A stretch of DNA of 64,000 bases from contig CAVZYM010000005.1 of NCBI GenBank assembly GCA_963779495.1, forward strand, positions 528,241-592,240, written 5' to 3'. The notes below the pieces were generated by a model, which saw only the letters and a program-made list of their open reading frames with translations, was not told the origin of the DNA and searched no databases. The DNA comes from an uncultured Pseudomonadota bacterium. Its GTDB lineage: Bacteria > Myxococcota_A > Polyangia > Fen-1088. This document shows positions 59,457 through 64,000 of the stretch, piece by piece (the stretch's first letter is position 1; the number at the start of each line of letters is the position of its first letter). The translations under genes were made by a program, and so were the position numbers.

Positions 59457-60614
59457 CTACGGCTCGAGGTAGCGCCACAGCCCCGTGGCCCACATCGAGC
59501 CGACGAAGATGGACTGCGTACCGTCCGACGTCACCGCGACGCTGTTCGGGCCCCACACCAGGCCAAACGGCAGCGTGGCGTCCTTCGTCCAGGCACCCGT
59601 GTCGCCCGGCTGGGGCGCGGTCTGATACTGCGGCCCGCCCTCGTCGATGCCGCAGCTGGCGCAGGCCCAGCCCCACATCCCGTAGACCATCTTGGAGGTG
59701 CCCCACACGACGGAGACGTTGCCGTCGGTGACGCGGGTCCAGGTAGAGCCGAGGTCGGTGCTCCGGTAGATGCCGTTGCCCATCGGCGCGCCACCGCCGC
59801 CGATGAAGAGCGTGCGCCCGGTCTGATAGAGCTGCGAGCAGCCGTGGGCGTGGTTCAGCCCCTCGAGACCCTTGGGCTTCGTCCAGGTCGCACCGCCGTC
59901 GCTGGTCATGATGGCCGAGGCGCCGTTTTGCGCGATGGCGAACCAGGTCTTCCGTGTCGTCGCGGCGCCCGTCTCGACGAAGAACGGGAACCACGACACG
60001 CCGCCCGCGGGCCAGCCGGAGCCCGACGTGAACTTCCAGGTCTCGCCGCCGTCGGTCGACTCGGCCATCTTGTCGGCCTCGTGGAAGCCGGTGATGAGGT
60101 GCGTGGCGTCGTGGGGATCGACGACGATCGAGTAGAAGCTCGAGTCGTATTTCTCGGGCAGCGTGCCCGTGAGCGTGAACGTCAGCCCGCCGTCCGTCGA
60201 CTTGAAGACCTTCTCGTCTCCGTTGACGTTGGCCATCCACAGCGTCGCCGGCGTCGTGCCCCCGACGGCCAGCACGTGCCCGAGCGCGAGGTACGGCGGG
60301 TTGGGCGTGCTGTCGAGCCGGGCCCAGGTCAGGCCGTAGTCGGTCGACTTCCAGATCGAGCCGTAGCCGCCGACGTAGAGATCGCTCGGGCGCGCCGGAT
60401 CGACCCGGATGTTCCCGACGCCGAAGCCGCTCGACCCCGTGAACAGCGAGGCGGGCATCTCGGGCGACGTCACGTTCTCCCAGACGCCGGGCGTGCCCAT
60501 CGCGGGTGGGAGCGCGCCGCCACCGTCGGGTGTCTGGGTATTGCTGCCGCAACCCAAACCCACGACCACGACCAGCGCGAGCGCGACCGAGCCCAACACC
60601 TGGCGCCTGTTCAT
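59457..60614 (-). CDS. BNR/Asp-box repeat lipoprotein (sialidase/GH74-like beta-propeller)
   Basis: Signal plus lipobox (LALVVVVGLGCG). Five S-x-D-x-G-x-T-W Asp-boxes (STDYGLTW, STDGGLTF, STDGGETW, SDGGATW, STDLGSTW). Confidence 0.75.
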   Translation of the reverse strand: MNRRQVLGSVALALVVVVGLGCGSNTQTPDGGGALPPAMGTPGVWENVTSPEMPASLFTGSSGFGVGNIRVDPARPSDLYVGGYGSIWKSTDYGLTWARLDSTPNPPYLALGHVLAVGGTTPATLWMANVNGDEKVFKSTDGGLTFTLTGTLPEKYDSSFYSIVVDPHDATHLITGFHEADKMAESTDGGETWKFTSGSGWPAGGVSWFPFFVETGAATTRKTWFAIAQNGASAIMTSDGGATWTKPKGLEGLNHAHGCSQLYQTGRTLFIGGGGAPMGNGIYRSTDLGSTWTRVTDGNVSVVWGTSKMVYGMWGWACASCGIDEGGPQYQTAPQPGDTGAWTKDATLPFGLVWGPNSVAVTSDGTQSIFVGSMWATGLWRYLEP

Positions 60615-60792
60615 GGGCTTGCCCGCAGCAAGAAGGACGCCACGCCGCGCAACCTCAATCGTCGCCGAACGTGCGGTCGTGGTCGCGTCTCCGGGCCTCT
60701 TGTTGCGCAACCCGGTTGCGCAACAACGAGGCTGATCATCGACCGCCGCACCGCCGAGCTGCGACGCGCATCCATGAAGGTAGACTTGGGTC

Positions 60793-61416
60793 GTGAACTT
60801 CTTTGGCCATGCGGTCGCGGCGCGCCTGGTGGACGACGCGCCGGCGTTCGTGCTGGGAGCGATGGCGCCCGACCTCCTACCCCTCTGCGGTGCCGTCGCC
60901 GGCGCTGAAACGTCGCCGGAGGTCGGGGCGGGAGAGGCGCATCACCGGTCCGTGGACGCGATCTTTCACGCCAGCCCGGCCTTCGGAGCTCTGCAGGCGT
61001 GGGCGACGGGCGAGCTTCGCCAGCGCGGCCTTCCGCGGGGCGCGGCGCGCGGAGCCGCGCACATCGGCATCGAGCTGTTCCTCGACGGCGCGTTGGCGCG
61101 CGATACCAGCGCCCGCGACGGCTATCTCCGGTGTCTGCGCGACGCGGAGACCACCCGCGCGCCGTTCGTCTGGGAGGACGACGTTTCCCGCCAGCGCTGG
61201 TGGAGCCTGGTCCTGCGGCTTCGCACCGGCACCATCCCCGACGCGTACCGCGACCCCGACTTCGTCGGCGCTCGGATCATCGGGGCGCTGGCCCGGCGCC
61301 CGCGCCTCGCCCTCCCCGACGCCGACGCGGCGACTTTGCACGCGTTCTTGCCGGCGCTCGCCGCGCGGGTCACGTCCGAGGCACCGTCGCTGGTCGACGC
61401 CGTCATCACCGGGTGA
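60793..61416 (+). CDS. Hypothetical protein (weak resemblance to AcpH-type ACP phosphodiesterase N-terminus)
   Basis: GTG start. N-terminus MNFFGHAVAARLV resembles AcpH MNFLAHLHLA, but the rest was not verifiable. Confidence 0.3.
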   Translation: MNFFGHAVAARLVDDAPAFVLGAMAPDLLPLCGAVAGAETSPEVGAGEAHHRSVDAIFHASPAFGALQAWATGELRQRGLPRGAARGAAHIGIELFLDGALARDTSARDGYLRCLRDAETTRAPFVWEDDVSRQRWWSLVLRLRTGTIPDAYRDPDFVGARIIGALARRPRLALPDADAATLHAFLPALAARVTSEAPSLVDAVITG

Positions 61417-63208
61417 CGAGGCAGCCCCGGTAGCGGGTGACGACGTCCGCGCGCGCGGCGGCGAGATCGGACCGCTCGGCCGGATCCGATTCCAGGTCGT
61501 AGAGCTGTGGGCGGCCGCTCTCCTCGTCGAGGATCAGCTTCCAGCGCCCGTCGCGGAGGCCCGCCCAGCGCCGCCCCTGCTCGGTCGAGAAGCGCGCCGG
61601 CCGTGGCCGCGCGTCCAGCAGCGACTGCCCCTCGTACTGCAGCGGCGGGCGCAACCCGGCCAGCGCCAGCGTGGTGGGCGCCAGATCGAGCAGGCTCGCC
61701 AGCTGAGGCTGCCGCCGCTCCCCCGCCAGGGCGCCCGGCGCCGCGACGAAGAACGGCACGCGCACGTTCTCCTCGTAGACGAACAGCGCGTGCGCGATGT
61801 TCGCGGGGTGTTCGCGGAAGGCCTCGCCGTGATCACCGACCACCACATAGACGACGCGGTCGTCGAGCTTGCGCGCGCGCAGACCCTCGCGCAGCCGGCC
61901 GAACGAGTCATCGGCGATGTGAACGTCGTTCGCGTACTCGTCGGCCTCCGTCACCTCGGGGAACGGCCGCGGCGCCGTGCCCGGTGCGTGGTACGGATGG
62001 TGCCCCGCTATCGGCATGAACACGGCGAAGAACCGCTGCCCCGCGGGCAGCGCGTCCACGAACGCGAGCAACGCGTCCGCGGTGGCGCGATCGTCGACGC
62101 CGAAGCTCGAACGGTGGGGGCTGACGATCGTCTCGGCGTCGCGCAGCTCGTGAAACCCGCGCCCCTCGACCACGGCGCGCATCCCCAGATAGAGGAACCA
62201 GCCCGAGTGGAAGAGCCCGGTCCGGTAGCCGGCGCGCGCCATCTCCTCGGCGATGGGCACGCAGCCGATGCGGCCGACCGCGTAGTCCGACGCCTCGGTC
62301 CCGGACGGCGGCTCGCGAGAGCAGAGCATCGAGAACAGCCCCTTGATGCTCTCGGGATAGGCGGTGTACGCGCGGTCGAACACCACGGCGTCCCGCGCCA
62401 GGGCCGCCAGGTTGGGCGCGGTTTCTCGGGGGTTGCCGTAGATCGACAGCGCCCGCGCGCGGACCGACTCGAGGATCACCCACACGACGGAGCGATCGCG
62501 CGCGAGGCCGGCCAGCGTGGACGGCGGCAGGACCAGCGGCGCGTCGTCGCCGCTGCGACAGACCGGGGCTGAGAGCGCGGGGCGCGCCGGCCGCCGGGCC
62601 CCGAACCAGCGGGCCGCGGCGGTCTCGACCAGCGCCAGCACGGCGTTGCGGTGCAACCCGGTGGTCTCGCTGCGCCGGATGGCAACCGGCCCCAGCGCCA
62701 GCAACCCCGCGGTCACGAGCCCGATCGCCAGCAGGGGACGGCGGCCCGGGGCGACGCGCGGCCGCGCCCAGCGTGCGAAGGCCAGCCCACCGGCGATCAG
62801 CGCCAGCGGCAAGCCCAGGTTGGGTAGCGTCGCGTAGCGCGCGATCGAATCGCCGAGCGCGCTCCCGGTCGCGTGCAGGAAGCCATAGGTCAGCGGCAGC
62901 GACAGCAGGCGCGCGATCGGAACATTGATCGCGATCCAGACGGTGAGCACGACGAAGACGGCGGCGACGGCGCCCCCGGCCAGGCGCTCCCCACGGGGTC
63001 CGCGGGCGCGGCCGGCCACCGCGACGAACAGGGCGAAAACCGTCGCCAGCCGCAGGTCCTCGGTGACGAGGGCGAGCGCTCCCCAGCCGCCGACGATCCC
63101 GGTCCGGCCGTCGTCGACGACGCGCAGGCCCAGCAGCGCCAGCTTGGCGCTGACCGCCACGACCAGCAGCGCCAGCCACCACCCGAACACTCTGGTGTAA
63201 GCTCTCAC
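61406..63208 (-). CDS. Membrane-anchored sulfatase-family protein (LTA synthase / phosphoglycerol- or phosphoethanolamine-transferase-like, alkaline phosphatase superfamily)
   Basis: Five N-terminal TM helices, then a sulfatase domain (VVWVILESVRARA; HSGWFLY; VVVGDHGEAF). 600 aa. Confidence 0.75.
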   Translation of the reverse strand: MRAYTRVFGWWLALLVVAVSAKLALLGLRVVDDGRTGIVGGWGALALVTEDLRLATVFALFVAVAGRARGPRGERLAGGAVAAVFVVLTVWIAINVPIARLLSLPLTYGFLHATGSALGDSIARYATLPNLGLPLALIAGGLAFARWARPRVAPGRRPLLAIGLVTAGLLALGPVAIRRSETTGLHRNAVLALVETAAARWFGARRPARPALSAPVCRSGDDAPLVLPPSTLAGLARDRSVVWVILESVRARALSIYGNPRETAPNLAALARDAVVFDRAYTAYPESIKGLFSMLCSREPPSGTEASDYAVGRIGCVPIAEEMARAGYRTGLFHSGWFLYLGMRAVVEGRGFHELRDAETIVSPHRSSFGVDDRATADALLAFVDALPAGQRFFAVFMPIAGHHPYHAPGTAPRPFPEVTEADEYANDVHIADDSFGRLREGLRARKLDDRVVYVVVGDHGEAFREHPANIAHALFVYEENVRVPFFVAAPGALAGERRQPQLASLLDLAPTTLALAGLRPPLQYEGQSLLDARPRPARFSTEQGRRWAGLRDGRWKLILDEESGRPQLYDLESDPAERSDLAAARADVVTRYRGCLVTR

Positions 63209-63249
63209 TGTTCGCTGGAAGGGTGCGTCACCCGTGTTGGGAGGTTGCC

Positions 63250-64000
63250 ATGCCTAGACTTACTTGTCTCCGCGCCATCGGTCTTGCGAGCGCGCTGCTC
63301 GCCGTCACCGCGGCCGGCAGCGCGCGGGCGAGCACGGCGAACAGCGTCTACGTCGCCGCGTCCAGCGTCGAGATGTTGCCGGACGACGCGTCCGCGACGT
63401 CGGTCGTCATCCACGGCGCGTTCATCTTGCTCACGGGCAACGCAACCTGGACCGCCCCGCAGTGCGGCTACATGCATTTCAAGTGTCCAACCGGCAGCGA
63501 GGCGATGTGCCGGATGCAGTGGAAAGACGTGCGCGAGATCGGCGGCAGCGGCAACACATGTGCCGGATTCGGAACGTTCAACGTGATCACGACAGCGACG
63601 ATCCGTTCGGAAGGAACGGCCCTCGCATCTCCCGACAGCTGGGACCTCGGGATGGGCGTCGCCACGGGCTCCAGCCTCGACGGTATGTGTCCGAAGGCAA
63701 AGACGATGGTGACGACGTGCGGGAAGCCGACGGGCAGCGGCGGCGCGGGCGGCGGCGGCAGCGCGGGCGCGGGCGGCGCGGGAATCGGCGGCAACGTCGG
63801 CGCCGCGGGCGCGACGGGATCCGGCGGCGCCGCGGGTGCGGCAGACCCGACGGGTGCCGCGGGCACGACCGGCGCCGCGGGCACGACGGGCACCGCGGGC
63901 ACGACGGGCGCTGCGGGCACGACGGGTGCCGCGGGCACGACCGGCACAGCGGGCACGACCGGGGCTGCGGGCGCGCTGGGCGCCGCGGGCGCGATTGGCG
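63250..64000 (+). CDS. Secreted protein with C-terminal GTTGAAG hexapeptide repeats (3' partial, runs off window)
   Basis: ATG at 63250 with signal peptide MPRLTCLRAIGLASALLAVTAAGSARA. Cys-containing ~140-aa domain, then (G-T/A-T-G-A-A)n repeats to the window end. Absent from the ORF track because no stop lies within the window. Confidence 0.6.
   Translation, partial: MPRLTCLRAIGLASALLAVTAAGSARASTANSVYVAASSVEMLPDDASATSVVIHGAFILLTGNATWTAPQCGYMHFKCPTGSEAMCRMQWKDVREIGGSGNTCAGFGTFNVITTATIRSEGTALASPDSWDLGMGVATGSSLDGMCPKAKTMVTTCGKPTGSGGAGGGGSAGAGGAGIGGNVGAAGATGSGGAAGAADPTGAAGTTGAAGTTGTAGTTGAAGTTGAAGTTGTAGTTGAAGALGAAGAIG

Noticed and set aside
60877-61433. ORFs 60877..61341 (-) and 60999..61433 (+) inside the 60793..61416 gene region
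   Set aside because: Arg/Pro-rich off-frame translations, whereas the 60793 frame has balanced composition.

Overview
This is a high-GC (~70%) window whose gene content points to a Myxococcota-like chromosome: PEGA domains, a eukaryotic-like Ser/Thr kinase, Cys-rich and Gly-rich repeat lipoproteins, and a ~2,600-aa TPR-like protein. I could support roughly 50 protein genes. There is one tRNA-Ala(CGC) at 3014..3086, followed by an AT-rich 13-bp perfect palindrome and a ~70-aa C-terminal remnant of a tyrosine integrase, which I read as the footprint of a decayed integrative element. A ~245-bp direct repeat (4568..4812 and 8746..8990) duplicates the 3' end of a ycaQ/alkZ-like glycosylase gene.

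The most striking feature is a ~7.7-kb low-GC island (about 18.9..26.7 kb, ~50-58% GC) inserted between a cytochrome c peroxidase gene and the giant TPR gene. It carries four co-directional genes with short gaps. The first two are an AAA+ ATPase and an S8 subtilase whose start and stop overlap by 8 nt, resembling the IetAS anti-phage pair. The next two are large uncharacterised proteins: a 516-aa TPR protein with a C-terminal R-x4-H (HEPN-like) motif, and an 806-aa protein with a PIN-like core. This downstream pair is my top candidate for an undescribed defence or effector module. A phased 4x TGTTCA direct-repeat array sits on the ietA-like start codon.

Separately, many conserved GC-rich genes show apparent single-base frameshifts (epimerase, tlyA, the giant TPR gene, the kinase, an Hsp70-like gene, topB, lysR and others), while the low-GC island genes look intact. 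The pattern suggests indel errors in GC-rich runs rather than biology, but true pseudogenisation cannot be excluded from sequence alone.
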